64,000 nucleotides of DNA, from IMG/VR virus record IMGVR_UViG_3300009548_000002, one strand, 5' to 3'. The stretch comes from a virus. The notes under the pieces were generated by a model. The model was not told the DNA's origin. It saw only the letters and a list, made by a program, of their open reading frames with translations, and searched no databases. Positions 27,327-36,425 of this stretch are shown here, in pieces. Within the stretch, counting starts at the first letter, position 1. Each line of letters begins with the position of its first letter. The position numbers and the translations under genes were made by a program.

Positions 27327-27727
27327 CGAGCATCCTTCTTCAGGCGACGAAGCTTCTCGAACACGGTGTAGTCGGGCGCCGCTCCCAATTCGATCCAGCG
27401 CCCGACCGTGCGATCCGGATCCTCTTCGACCCGATCGCCGAACGGGATCGAATCCATTTCCCAGTCCGCGGGCAAGTACGAGAGGCTCCTCACGGCGGTC
27501 TCCGGTTCGCCGCGTTCGATGGACTCGGTGTTCGAGATCCTCTCCGCCGACGCAGCGTCGTCCGCGACGATCACGACCTCGTACGTGAGCTGGACGATGA
27601 AGAGCTGCTTCACGTCAGATGTTCCTTCTCTCGAAGCAGGATCGGCATGGCTACCTCGTCTTCCTTTTTCGGGCCACGACCCTACCACGATTGTCGTCCG
27701 GTGCCGATGCTGCAATGATACGACCAT
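27323..27727 (-). CDS. Hypothetical protein
   Basis: Track ORF (start uncertain). Confidence 0.35.
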   Translation of the reverse strand: MVVSLQHRHRTTIVVGSWPEKGRRGSHADPASREGTSDVKQLFIVQLTYEVVIVADDAASAERISNTESIERGEPETAVRSLSYLPADWEMDSIPFGDRVEEDPDRTVGRWIELGAAPDYTVFEKLRRLKKDAR

Positions 27728-27739
27728 CGCGCGCGGCGC

Positions 27740-27943
27740 TTGACCTCGCGGTGCAAAGAAGTTAGGTACAGTTACGTGATGAAATACTTCGTGATGCTCG
27801 TCGGCCCGGACGGCAAACCCCTCCCGATGGTGGACGAAGACGGGAGCGTCACGCTCTTCGACTCCGAGGACGACGCCGAGAAGGCCGGCGCCGAGAACAT
27901 CCTTGGCGGCGGGCGCGGCTACGAGGTCTACCCATGGGACTGA
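27740..27943 (+). CDS. Hypothetical small protein (start likely MKYFVMLVG about 27779)
   Basis: Track ORF. Confidence 0.4.
   Translation: MTSRCKEVRYSYVMKYFVMLVGPDGKPLPMVDEDGSVTLFDSEDDAEKAGAENILGGGRGYEVYPWD
27745..27775 (+). promoter_or_regulatory. Sigma70-like promoter candidate: TTGACC, 17-nt spacer, TAGGTA
   Basis: Read directly, upstream of + operon start about 27779; CAGTTAC element shared with other candidates. Confidence 0.35.
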
Positions 27944-28113
27944 AGGCCAGGATCGTCTTCGAAGACGGCGATCGCTCCTCCTCGGATCGCCATTACGTGG
28001 CCATCTTCCTCGGCAGAGACAAGATCGCCGAGAGCCGCTCGATGAGCGAGAAGGACTGCGAGAAGCTCTGCAAGCGCATCAACGACGCCATCGCCAAGGA
28101 ACGCGAGGCCTGA
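27934..28113 (+). CDS. Small protein, about 59 aa (below track cut-off)
   Basis: Hand translation: MGLKARIVFEDGDRSSSDRHYVAIFLGRDKIAESRSMSEKDCEKLCKRINDAIAKEREA; ATGA overlaps on both sides. Confidence 0.35.
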   Translation: MGLKARIVFEDGDRSSSDRHYVAIFLGRDKIAESRSMSEKDCEKLCKRINDAIAKEREA

Positions 28114-29288
28114 TGCTGAGCGATCTGCGCGCCTTTGAAGTCGTGCTCGCGCGCGCCACGTGTCCCGAGGACGTGTTCGGCGTGGCCCTGAACCTCGCCG
28201 CGCTGAAGAAGTCCTTCCACCACATCGCCGTCGTCGTGCATCCGGACAAGTACGCCACCGATGCCGCCACGTCCCGACTCGCGCAAGACCTCTTCGCCAA
28301 GCTCGTCGTCTGGATGAACAGCGCCGAGCACAAAATGGAGCGCGGGACCTACGGCGACCGCGCGCCGCACGAGCCTGCCCCGCCCCCGAAGCCGAAGACC
28401 GCTCTGCAGATCATCGAGACCCCGAAGCGCCGCTACGTCGTCAAGGACCTCCTCGCGCAGGGCGACGTCGCCGACGTCTACGCCTGCACGTACGTGGACA
28501 AGGGCCGGAGCGGCGACGGCGATCACCCCGCCGCGTTCAAGATCGCCCAGAGCGCCGCGGACAACGACCTCATGGAGAACGAGTCGCGCACGCTCTCGGC
28601 GATGTACCCGCCCGCACAAAAAGAAGAACGCTTCTACCGCTACCTCCCGAAGCCGGTCGACTCGTTCCTCCTGAAGTCGGGTGGCGGCGCCGCGCGACGC
28701 GTGAACGTGATGCAGCTCGCGGAGGGTTACGTCTCGCTCGCCGAGGTCATGGCGGCGTACCCGCACGGCCTTGACTACAAAGATGTCGTCTGGATGCTGA
28801 AGCGAAATTTGGCGGCCCTATGGTACTGCCACAGGCAGAAGCTTGTCGTCCACGGCTGCATTATTCCTACAAACCTATTGGTCCATCCGACCGGACACGG
28901 CGCAAAGGTTGTTGACTGGTGCTACGCCGTTCGCGACTGGCCGAACGACAAGGACCACGTCAAAGCGATCAGCAAGGCGTGGAGGGCATACTACGCGCCC
29001 GAGATCCTCGCGAAAAAGCCGCCGACGCCGTCGGCCGACCTCTACATGCTCGCGAAGATCGTCGTGAAGCTCCTCGGCGGTGAAGTCGCGGAAAGCTCGC
29101 CCTCTTTCCTCATCCCCGATGCTGTTCCGAAACCGATTCGATCGTTTCTCTCGGGCATGCTCCTCATGAACCCAGCCCGTCGCCCCGACGACGGCGGCAA
29201 GCTCCACGAGGAGTTCGACGAGCTGCTCCTCAAGCTCGTGGGCAAGCCCAAGTACAGGCCGCTCGTCATGCCCGCGAGGACCGCGTGA
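28113..29288 (+). CDS. J-domain (DnaJ-like) fused to a protein-kinase-like domain with non-canonical catalytic motifs
   Basis: J-domain HHIAVVVHPDKYATDAA...LFAKLVVWMN; kinase-like AAFKIAQ, ENESRTL, VVHGCIIPTNLLVH (HRD replaced by HGC), VVDWCYA (DFG replaced by DWC), YYAPEIL, DLYMLAKIVVKLLGG. Confidence 0.65.
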   Translation: MLSDLRAFEVVLARATCPEDVFGVALNLAALKKSFHHIAVVVHPDKYATDAATSRLAQDLFAKLVVWMNSAEHKMERGTYGDRAPHEPAPPPKPKTALQIIETPKRRYVVKDLLAQGDVADVYACTYVDKGRSGDGDHPAAFKIAQSAADNDLMENESRTLSAMYPPAQKEERFYRYLPKPVDSFLLKSGGGAARRVNVMQLAEGYVSLAEVMAAYPHGLDYKDVVWMLKRNLAALWYCHRQKLVVHGCIIPTNLLVHPTGHGAKVVDWCYAVRDWPNDKDHVKAISKAWRAYYAPEILAKKPPTPSADLYMLAKIVVKLLGGEVAESSPSFLIPDAVPKPIRSFLSGMLLMNPARRPDDGGKLHEEFDELLLKLVGKPKYRPLVMPARTA

Positions 29289-29315
29289 CCGCTGAAGAAG
29301 CGCCAGGAGACAACA

Positions 29316-29666
29316 ATGTGTGATGACAGCCCGAGCAGTTACCGAACGAATGCGAAGGCTCCCGAGACAGAGCGCTTGTCTCGAAGACCTTGGCTTCTTC
29401 GACGGCGCTCTTGGCAGCTCTACACGCTCGGCAGCGTCATCGGCGTCGCGTTCGGCCTACTGCCGATGTATCTCGAGCATCGGTATTATCCGTCTTCGCC
29501 TCAGCCTTCACCGCTTCCAGCGAAGCCTGCACCCACGTGCAAGGATTCGTTCGAGTGGATCACCGATCGGTGCGACGAACCGTTGAAGCACACCTGCGAG
29601 CCTGGACAGAAGCTGGAAATGCCGAAGGAAGGCACCAGTACGTACATGATCTGCCGCTGCAAGTGA
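29316..29666 (+). CDS. Small Cys-rich membrane/secreted protein
   Basis: TM stretch LYTLGSVIGVAFGLLPMYL; six Cys in the C-terminal half. Confidence 0.4.
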   Translation: MCDDSPSSYRTNAKAPETERLSRRPWLLRRRSWQLYTLGSVIGVAFGLLPMYLEHRYYPSSPQPSPLPAKPAPTCKDSFEWITDRCDEPLKHTCEPGQKLEMPKEGTSTYMICRCK

Positions 29667-29680
29667 GATCGGAAAACACC

Positions 29681-29974
29681 ATGAACGGACTCACGCGTGA
29701 ACAACTCGAAGTGATGGCGGCGAGGCTCGCCGACGAAGCGATCCGTCGCGGCGCGCGCGGCGTCGTCGTCGCTGTGTCCTCTGAAGAAGGCGACCACTCG
29801 AACTACTGGGTCACGCACCGCGGTCCGTGCCTCGAGGTCGAGGGGCTCGCGTCCCGCATCGCCGCGTACATCGGCGGAATTTGGAACGGCAAGATCAAGA
29901 CACGGGCGTTCGGTGCAACCGCATCCGTGGATGAGGGAGGCGTCGTCAACGAGACGAGCGTGAGATCAAAATGA
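29681..29974 (+). CDS. Hypothetical small protein
   Basis: Start MNGLTREQLEV inside track ORF 29390-29974. Confidence 0.4.
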   Translation: MNGLTREQLEVMAARLADEAIRRGARGVVVAVSSEEGDHSNYWVTHRGPCLEVEGLASRIAAYIGGIWNGKIKTRAFGATASVDEGGVVNETSVRSK

Positions 29975-30156
29975 CCATCCTGGAAACGACAGAAGAAGAG
30001 CGCGAACACTTTCGCCGAACGAACGACTTCGTCGGAGGCATGTCCGCAAAAGCGCTCGCCGCCGATCTCGACAAGGCGCTCGAGTTCATCGAGGAGCTGA
30101 GCAAGCAGCCGTACCTGGATCGCTACGCTGCACGCTTCGAAGCGTTCAAGCGGTAG
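29971..30156 (+). CDS. Hypothetical small protein
   Basis: ATGA overlap. Confidence 0.35.
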   Translation: MTILETTEEEREHFRRTNDFVGGMSAKALAADLDKALEFIEELSKQPYLDRYAARFEAFKR

Positions 30157-30217
30157 AGGTCCTTGTTTCGGCAGAAAAAGTACTTATGACTCTTACGAGA
30201 GATTTCGCTTCGATTAG

Positions 30218-31243
30218 GTGACGAAGACAAAGAAGGAGACCGACCCCATGGGCTACAGCACGTACAGCGACGACTTCTACAAGGACCGTGTCGCGACCCG
30301 CGCCGCGACCGGGACCCCGACGTTCGTTCACGACGCGGACATCCGCGCGGGCAAGACGGCGGCGAAGGTCCACGAGTCCCTCAACATTCACGGCAAAATC
30401 CGTGAGGCGCGCGACTCCAAGGAGCATCCGAACTCAACGCCCATCGCCGTCATCTTCGACGAGACCGGTTCCATGGCCGGCGTGCCGAGGATCATGCAAC
30501 AGAAACTCCCGCAGCTCATGGGCCTGCTACTCCGGAAAGCGTACATCGAGGACCCGCAGGTGCTCTTCGGCGCGATCGGCGACTACACCTGCGGCGAAGT
30601 CGCGCCGCTCCAGATCGGGCAGTTCGAGAGCGGCATCGAGATGGATGACAACATCACCCACATTTTCCTCGAAGGCGGCGGCGGCGGGTCGTACGAGGAG
30701 TCGTACCAGAACGCGCTCTACTTCTTCGCGCACCGCACGAAGTGCGACGCGTTCGAGAAGCGCGGCAAGCGCGGCTACCTTTTTCTCATTGGAGATGAGA
30801 TGGCGTACGGCCTCTCCACGAAAGCGGAACTCCAAACGCTCATCGGCGACGGTGCGCAGGGCGACGTGTCGCTCGATGACATCATGACGGCCGTCAAAGA
30901 AAAGTGGGACGTCTTTTTCGTCATCCCGAAAGGCACGAACCACTTTGGTGACAAGAAGCTCGAAGACTTCTGGAAGAAGCACCTCGGCCAGAACGTCATC
31001 AAGCTCGAAGACCCCGAGGCGATCTGCGAAGTCATCGGCGCGGCCATCGGCATCTGCGAGGGCACGACGACGGCGGACGCGCTCTCCGCGGACCTCAAGG
31101 ACGTCGGCGCACGCGACTCGATCGTGCACGTCGCGACGTCAAGCGTCGACGCCATCGCGAAGGATCGCGCGCTCGCGGTGACGGGGAGTGGCGGGTCGCT
31201 TCCCGCGAAGACAGGACGCTCGGACAAAAACGAGCGTCTCTAG
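30218..31243 (+). CDS. von Willebrand factor A (vWA) domain protein
   Basis: MIDAS-like IAVIFDETGSM followed by a Rossmann-like hydrophobic/acidic pattern. Confidence 0.6.
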   Translation: MTKTKKETDPMGYSTYSDDFYKDRVATRAATGTPTFVHDADIRAGKTAAKVHESLNIHGKIREARDSKEHPNSTPIAVIFDETGSMAGVPRIMQQKLPQLMGLLLRKAYIEDPQVLFGAIGDYTCGEVAPLQIGQFESGIEMDDNITHIFLEGGGGGSYEESYQNALYFFAHRTKCDAFEKRGKRGYLFLIGDEMAYGLSTKAELQTLIGDGAQGDVSLDDIMTAVKEKWDVFFVIPKGTNHFGDKKLEDFWKKHLGQNVIKLEDPEAICEVIGAAIGICEGTTTADALSADLKDVGARDSIVHVATSSVDAIAKDRALAVTGSGGSLPAKTGRSDKNERL

Positions 31244-31366
31244 AAACGCGAAAATACGGAGGCGTGGTCGTCGGCGGGTTCACCGCAGCGCGCTTCCCAG
31301 AGGAGCGACCGGGAATTTGGGTTTCGTCCCGCCCGGCGCTCCTCGCTTTTCACGTGGAGCGAATAC

Positions 31367-31582
31367 ATGACGAAGCGAGCAAAGATGCCGGAGCGATCCG
31401 GCGGCGACGGTCGGATCGAGTGTAACCGTGAGGGCGAGCATCTTCTTCTGTCGTGCACGCAGAACGGCGAGACGACGACCGTCCGCATGAGCGACTACAA
31501 CGCGTGGCGCGCCTTCGGTCTCTTGGCGGTCATGCTCAAGATCCCGCTGCCCGACGCGCTCGGCAGGGAGATTAAGTTCTGA
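31367..31582 (+). CDS. Hypothetical small protein
   Basis: Track ORF. Confidence 0.35.
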   Translation: MTKRAKMPERSGGDGRIECNREGEHLLLSCTQNGETTTVRMSDYNAWRAFGLLAVMLKIPLPDALGREIKF

Positions 31583-31587
31583 GGTGA

Positions 31588-31806
31588 GTGATGCATGAAA
31601 AAAGCGAAGAGCTGACGGACGCGCAACTGCGTTTGCTCGGGCGAGCCGTTCGCGGACTCTGCTCCATCTCTCCGGACGAGCGAACAGATGCCGATCGTCT
31701 CGAAGCGCTCGGGTTCATCGTCATCGACGACATCGGGTGGGAAGCTCTTGCGGATCCGACCAATGCTGGCCGGGTTTTCTTGAGCGAGCACGACAAGAGA
31801 GGGTGA
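31588..31806 (+). CDS. Hypothetical small protein
   Basis: Track ORF. Confidence 0.35.
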   Translation: MMHEKSEELTDAQLRLLGRAVRGLCSISPDERTDADRLEALGFIVIDDIGWEALADPTNAGRVFLSEHDKRG

Positions 31807-31807
31807 G

Positions 31808-32008
31808 ATGTTTTTGGCGATGAAGTCCAGATCTCGATCTCGATCGCTCACGCAGGAGGAGCGAGAAGAGGCGCGTCGGCGCGAGCATGCGTACCGTGAG
31901 GCATGCAGGCTCGAGGACGAAGCGAACGTCGTCATCAAGCCGCTCACGTGGTGGAGACGCTTCTTCTTGTGGCTTGGCAAGACCTTCACCCGATGGGGAG
32001 CGACGTAA
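31808..32008 (+). CDS. Hypothetical small basic protein
   Basis: Track ORF. Confidence 0.3.
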   Translation: MFLAMKSRSRSRSLTQEEREEARRREHAYREACRLEDEANVVIKPLTWWRRFFLWLGKTFTRWGAT

Positions 32009-32011
32009 ACA

Positions 32012-33396
32012 TGGCGAACATCACCCTCGTCCTCGGTCTCGGATTTGGCGATGAAGGCAAAGGCGGCTGCGTAGATTTTTTGGCGCGTCACCACGACGCT
32101 CGGCTCGTCGTGCGGTTCAACGGTGGAGCGCAAGCGGGTCATAATGTCATCGACCCAAACGGACAGCACCACTGCTTCTCGCAGTGGGGATCGGGTACCT
32201 TCGCGGGCGCGCGGACGCTCCTGTCGCGGCACGTGCTCGTGAATCCGATCTTCGCCGAGAGCGAGGCGAGGCACCTCGAGTCCGCCGGCGTCCGGGATCC
32301 CTACGCGCTCCTCTCGGTCGAGCGACTCGCGCCCGTCACGACGCCGTTCCACGTCGCCGCGAACCGGTGCCGCGAGCTTTCGAGGCAAGCGGCGAGCGGC
32401 AGCGTGCACGGGAGCTGCGGCATGGGCGTCGGCGAGACGATGGAGGATCTCGTGGAGGGGAGAGAGACCGTTTGGGTGCGCGACTTCGAGGACGACACCC
32501 CGACGCTCAAGCGGAGACTCTTCCGCATCCAGGAGCGGAAGCGCTCCGAAGTCCTCCAGCTCGCGGCCCTCGATCGCCGCTCCCCGCGCGTCCTCCAAGA
32601 ACTCTTTGTGCTCGAGGACCCGAGCATCGTCGACGCCGTCTGCGCGTCGTACACGAAGTTCGCCCGTAAAGCGTCGATCGTGAATCAAGATTTCCTCGAG
32701 CGCGAGCTGGACGCTCCCGGCCACGTCGTTTTCGAGGGCGCGCAGGGCGTCCTCCTCGACGAGTGGTGGGGCTTCCACCCGCACACGACGTGGAGCACGT
32801 GCACCTTCGACAACGCGACGGAGATCCTCGGCGCCGAGCGCGCGGGCCGCGCTCGGCGCATCGGGGTGCTCCGCACGTTCCACACGAGGCACGGAGCCGG
32901 CCCCTTTCCGACGGAGAATAAGAGCATGGACGCGCTCTCGGCGGACGACCACAACAAGCGCGACCCTTGGCAACACGATTTCCGCACCGGAGCCTTCGAC
33001 CTCCTCCTCGCGCGGTACGCGCTCGACGTGTGCGGCGGGTGCGACGGCCTCGCCTTCACGCACCTCGACAAGCTCGAACGGCGCGCGAGCCTACCCGTCG
33101 CCATCGGGTACTACGTGGACGGCGCCAAGATGGTGCGCATCCCGCACCGGCGCCCGAACGATCTCCAATACCAAGAGCGACTCGGCCGGCAGCTCGCACA
33201 AGCGCAACCCATCTATGCCTCCGCGGATCTTGGCGGCGAGCGCATCGCCATGCTCCACGTGGAAGGACTCGCCGAAATGCTCGAGACTCCGCTTGCGATC
33301 ATCTCACGCGGCAAGACCGCTGCAGACAAGATCACTTTGGGTGAAGGCGCGCATGCTTCCCCGCGCCCGCAGTTCTCCACGCCGCCACCCAACTGA
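32012..33396 (+). CDS. Adenylosuccinate synthetase-family enzyme (PurA/PurZ-like), divergent in substrate-binding motifs
   Basis: GLGFGDEGKGG P-loop; GGAQAGHNV; FEGAQGVLLDEWWG; HTRHGAGPFPTE. The IMP loop reads GSCGMGVGE (canonical TTGRGIGP), the aspartate loop WQHDFRTG (canonical RRRRTG), and the guanine motif THLD (canonical TKLD). Start at MANITLVLG inside track ORF 31903-33396. Confidence 0.85.
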
Positions 33397-33406
33397 GAAG
33401 ACGAGC

Positions 33407-33745
33407 ATGAACAGCGCATGGGAACACGACACCACGTGCGACGCGCCCTGCTCCGTTTGCGGGCATCCGGATTGGGGGTGTCCGTACATGCGCATGGCTT
33501 GCGAGGTTCCGAGGACGCAGCACCTCTGTCCGGCATGCGAAAAGAAGCGCTCAGAACAGCTCGTGCTGGCGATGCTCGACGAGTGGTACTACGCACGCGC
33601 ACGAGCGATGTATCGCGAGTTCGCCGCGTACATCATCCGTCCCGATGTCGAACAAGCCCACCAGTGGCAACTCGCTCGCGCGTCCGTGAAGCGCGTCGGC
33701 GACGCGCGCCAAAAACATTTGCAGAAGCTCAGAGCATCGAAATGA
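33407..33745 (+). CDS. Zinc-finger protein
   Basis: CDAPCSVCGHPDWGCPY...CPACEKK. Confidence 0.45.
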   Translation: MNSAWEHDTTCDAPCSVCGHPDWGCPYMRMACEVPRTQHLCPACEKKRSEQLVLAMLDEWYYARARAMYREFAAYIIRPDVEQAHQWQLARASVKRVGDARQKHLQKLRASK

Positions 33746-33909
33746 AAACGAGGAGTGCCGATGCCTCGGCACCCCTCGGGGGCTTGCATGGTGAGGACCT
33801 CGAGTCGTCAAAGCGTCTCGAGGCTGTCCTCGCGGGTTCTACTGGAGACTCCAGCTTAAGATGAATCCGTCACTCGCGTCAACGGTCCCTTCGGACTTGA
33901 GGAGAAAAA

Positions 33910-34167
33910 GTGATGGCGAGGTCGATCGAACGCGAGCTACTCGAGAGCCTCTACGCACTCCTGCGACGGATGGAATCATGCCCCGGTCACGACGTTCCGC
34001 CGAGCGACACGGGCGTGCCCAAGCACCATCACTACGATCCCTCGCGCATCGGCAGGCCCGACACCGTGCAGAAGAACTGCACACTGAGCGAGGTCGAAGC
34101 CCGCGAGGCGGAGTATGCGCGGCTCATGGGACGCGTGAAGGCGCTCCTCTCGAACGCGCCGTCCTGA
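33910..34167 (+). CDS. Hypothetical small protein
   Basis: Track ORF. Confidence 0.35.
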   Translation: MMARSIERELLESLYALLRRMESCPGHDVPPSDTGVPKHHHYDPSRIGRPDTVQKNCTLSEVEAREAEYARLMGRVKALLSNAPS

Positions 34168-34450
34168 TCCGGAAAGACAGCATGCATCGAACGGGCCCCG
34201 AGCATTTCTGCTTGGCCGTGAGCGGCGCACCGCAAAACATGCAACCGCCCTCACACACCCAGTACGACGCCTTGAAGTCTTCGTCGGAAATATTCGGGTA
34301 CTGTGCACGGATCTCGGCGAGCTGCTTCGGCGTCCAATCCCAGTCACCGGGAAGTGCTCTTCCCGTTTTGTGCCGGAAAAGCACATCCGTGTATTCCGCA
34401 TGCGTGTAGCGAATCCAAGTCGCGGCTGGTGTACGAGTCTTGGCGATCAT
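34124..34450 (-). CDS. Hypothetical protein (CEGGCMFCG motif)
   Basis: Track ORF. Confidence 0.3.
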   Translation of the reverse strand: MIAKTRTPAATWIRYTHAEYTDVLFRHKTGRALPGDWDWTPKQLAEIRAQYPNISDEDFKASYWVCEGGCMFCGAPLTAKQKCSGPVRCMLSFRIRTARSRGAPSRVP

Positions 34451-34466
34451 GATCCGCTCCGCTCGT

Positions 34467-34733
34467 TTACTTCTTCTTGCACTTGCAGACGAGGTAGCCG
34501 TCCTTGACCTCGCTCGTCATGTCGTTCGAGCTGCACGACACAGCGCCGCGCGCGTTATCGATGCTCGCCACCTCGTCGCGACACTTCGGCGCTTGGCTAT
34601 CGTGCGCGGACGCGTACGCGCCGTGAGAGAACCAACCGGCCGCGATGCCCGCCGCGATGCCTACGGCCGTCCCGAGCGCGATTGCGCCGCGACTGTTTGC
34701 GAACCTTCGGAACGTCGTGAGCGGCAAGTTCAT
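34467..34733 (-). CDS. Small secreted/lipoprotein-like protein
   Basis: Start MNLPLTTFRRFANSRGAIALGTAVGIAAGIAAG (signal-like); ends KCKKK. Confidence 0.35.
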   Translation of the reverse strand: MNLPLTTFRRFANSRGAIALGTAVGIAAGIAAGWFSHGAYASAHDSQAPKCRDEVASIDNARGAVSCSSNDMTSEVKDGYLVCKCKKK

Positions 34734-34960
34734 TTTCGCACCTTCCACACCGCGGCCCAGCGACCAAGACGCGTCCGTTTCCTCTCGCCCGTCTTCTGGA
34801 TGCGACCCATGCGGTCCAACTCCCCGAATCGCGGGCTGCACGATTGGTGCGGCAGGCCCGTTCTCTCCTCGACGTCGTCGCACGTGCCGCGCGCGGCGTG
34901 GAGCGATCGATAGACGATACCCTGGAGCCGCGTGACGTTGCTCTCGTCCCTCGAAGTCAT
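34730..34960 (-). CDS. Hypothetical small protein
   Basis: Track ORF. Confidence 0.3.
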   Translation of the reverse strand: MTSRDESNVTRLQGIVYRSLHAARGTCDDVEERTGLPHQSCSPRFGELDRMGRIQKTGERKRTRLGRWAAVWKVRK

Positions 34961-35295
34961 TCGATCCGGTTCGTCTTGTGGTGCTTGCCGTCCGCGCCGA
35001 TGAATCCGCCTTGAAGGTCCGCGGGCGGCACAGGTGGCGTCTTGGGCTTCGATTCGGTTCGAGGCATCGCCGTGATCTCGTTCTCCTTCTTCACGGCCTC
35101 GGCATGCAGGCCACTCGCGACGAGCTTCATGACGCGTTCGAGTTGGTAATCGTGCGTACGCTTGGCCGCCTCCCAGATCGCGTCAGCAGCGCGACGAATG
35201 TCGATGGGTCCGAGCTGCCCGTGCTCGATGCATTCGATGAGGTCGCGGAAAGGCTTGTTCGACTCTCGATCGCTCATGGTTCCGTCATACGACAT
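34957..35295 (-). CDS. Hypothetical protein, about 112 aa
   Basis: Well-coded C-terminal part of ORF 34957-35634; start MSYDGTMSD. Confidence 0.4.
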   Translation of the reverse strand: MSYDGTMSDRESNKPFRDLIECIEHGQLGPIDIRRAADAIWEAAKRTHDYQLERVMKLVASGLHAEAVKKENEITAMPRTESKPKTPPVPPADLQGGFIGADGKHHKTNRIE

Positions 35296-35322
35296 ACCGT
35301 AGTACCGTCTGCATCGCAATCC

Positions 35323-35712
35323 ATGAGCCGGCTCTACAAACTCGAAGGCAAGAAAGCCGTACGCGTCACGGACGAACCGGGCTCGGAAGAGTGGCTCGGC
35401 GCTGCCTCGCGACTCGAATCCGGCGACAACTGCGTTGCCCAAGATTTCGTGGACGGCGTCAAGGACGAGTTCGGAACCGAGATCGAGATCCACGTCTCGA
35501 CGGTCTTTCTCGGCATCAACCACAACTTCAGGGGTGAAGGGCCGCCGATCGTTTTCGAAACCATGGTCTTCGGCGGAGCGTTCGACCGCCAGCAGCGCCG
35601 CTACGCGACGTGGGAAGAAGCCGAGTGGGGGCACATCGAGATCCTCACCGAGATCCTCGACTCCGAGAAAAGTGCCAAGCTTCGTCCGAAGGGCAAAAAC
35701 GGCGGGCTCTGA
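35323..35712 (+). CDS. Hypothetical protein, about 129 aa
   Basis: Excellent GC3 from MSRLYKLEGKK; upstream part of track ORF 34978-35712 rejected. Confidence 0.5.
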   Translation: MSRLYKLEGKKAVRVTDEPGSEEWLGAASRLESGDNCVAQDFVDGVKDEFGTEIEIHVSTVFLGINHNFRGEGPPIVFETMVFGGAFDRQQRRYATWEEAEWGHIEILTEILDSEKSAKLRPKGKNGGL

Positions 35713-35713
35713 C

Positions 35714-35950
35714 GTGAAAACGAATTTACCCGAAGGCTGGACATCGGAAAGCGTCTACGAGGGTCGCTACCTCCTTCTCCACTCCGCTCCTCCACAGCGC
35801 TACATGGCAACGATCGACTGGGAAAAACGATGCATCCGCTCGGGCTTCGTCACACGAGGCGTTGCGATCTCGGAAAAGAAATACAACGGTCGCGGTTGGA
35901 AAGACGCGCTCCTCCGAGACGCGGTTGAATGCTTGCGAGATATTCTGTGA
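35714..35950 (+). CDS. Hypothetical small protein
   Basis: GTG start; start/stop overlap. Confidence 0.4.
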   Translation: MKTNLPEGWTSESVYEGRYLLLHSAPPQRYMATIDWEKRCIRSGFVTRGVAISEKKYNGRGWKDALLRDAVECLRDIL

Positions 35951-36363
35951 CGAGTCGAGTTTCTGGCAATGCGCTCGCGTTCTTGATCTGCCTCGAGCGC
36001 CAGGCGACCCACGTCGCCGAATGCCAGGTCGTAGGCCCTTGCGAGCGCGGCGAGGCCATCACGAACGCGATGCTCCGCTCGCACGCGAGGCTCCATCCGC
36101 GCGAGAAGAGGCGCGTGAAAACGATCGTGCGCGAGCACACGAAACGCCTCCTCCAATCTCGCGCGGAGAAGTCGCGTCACGTCTCCGAGCCCTACGCTGG
36201 CACCTGCCCCGAGTGCGGCGAGGTCTCGCTCTGCCGCGACACGTACCACGGCGTGCAGTGCCCGCTTGGGCCGCAACACGAACGCTCGTGCTCGCTCTGG
36301 CGCGAACACGCGCCGGCGTGCTCCTGCGCCTACTGCAAGAAGCACCGGCCCGCCGAGGCATGA
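35947..36363 (+). CDS. Zinc-finger protein
   Basis: GTCPECGEVSLCRD...CPLGP...CSCAYCKKH; excellent GC3. Confidence 0.5.
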   Translation: MTSRVSGNALAFLICLERQATHVAECQVVGPCERGEAITNAMLRSHARLHPREKRRVKTIVREHTKRLLQSRAEKSRHVSEPYAGTCPECGEVSLCRDTYHGVQCPLGPQHERSCSLWREHAPACSCAYCKKHRPAEA

Positions 36364-36395
36364 CCATGCATGTTCGTCAGTTGGTATGTCTTGAC

Positions 36396-36425
36396 GTGCA
36401 TTCGTGTACAACATAGATTCTCCCG
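36396..36425 (+). promoter_or_regulatory. Promoter candidate TTGACG-N17-TAGATT within a conserved ~55-bp motif
   Basis: TTCGTCAGTTGGTATGTCTTGACGTGCATTCGTGTACAACATAGATTC, near-duplicate of 37355-37410. Confidence 0.45.

Noticed and set aside
31495-33063. 522-aa minus ORF antisense to the PurA-like gene
   Set aside because: Antisense artefact. The + frame carries the complete adenylosuccinate-synthetase motif series.
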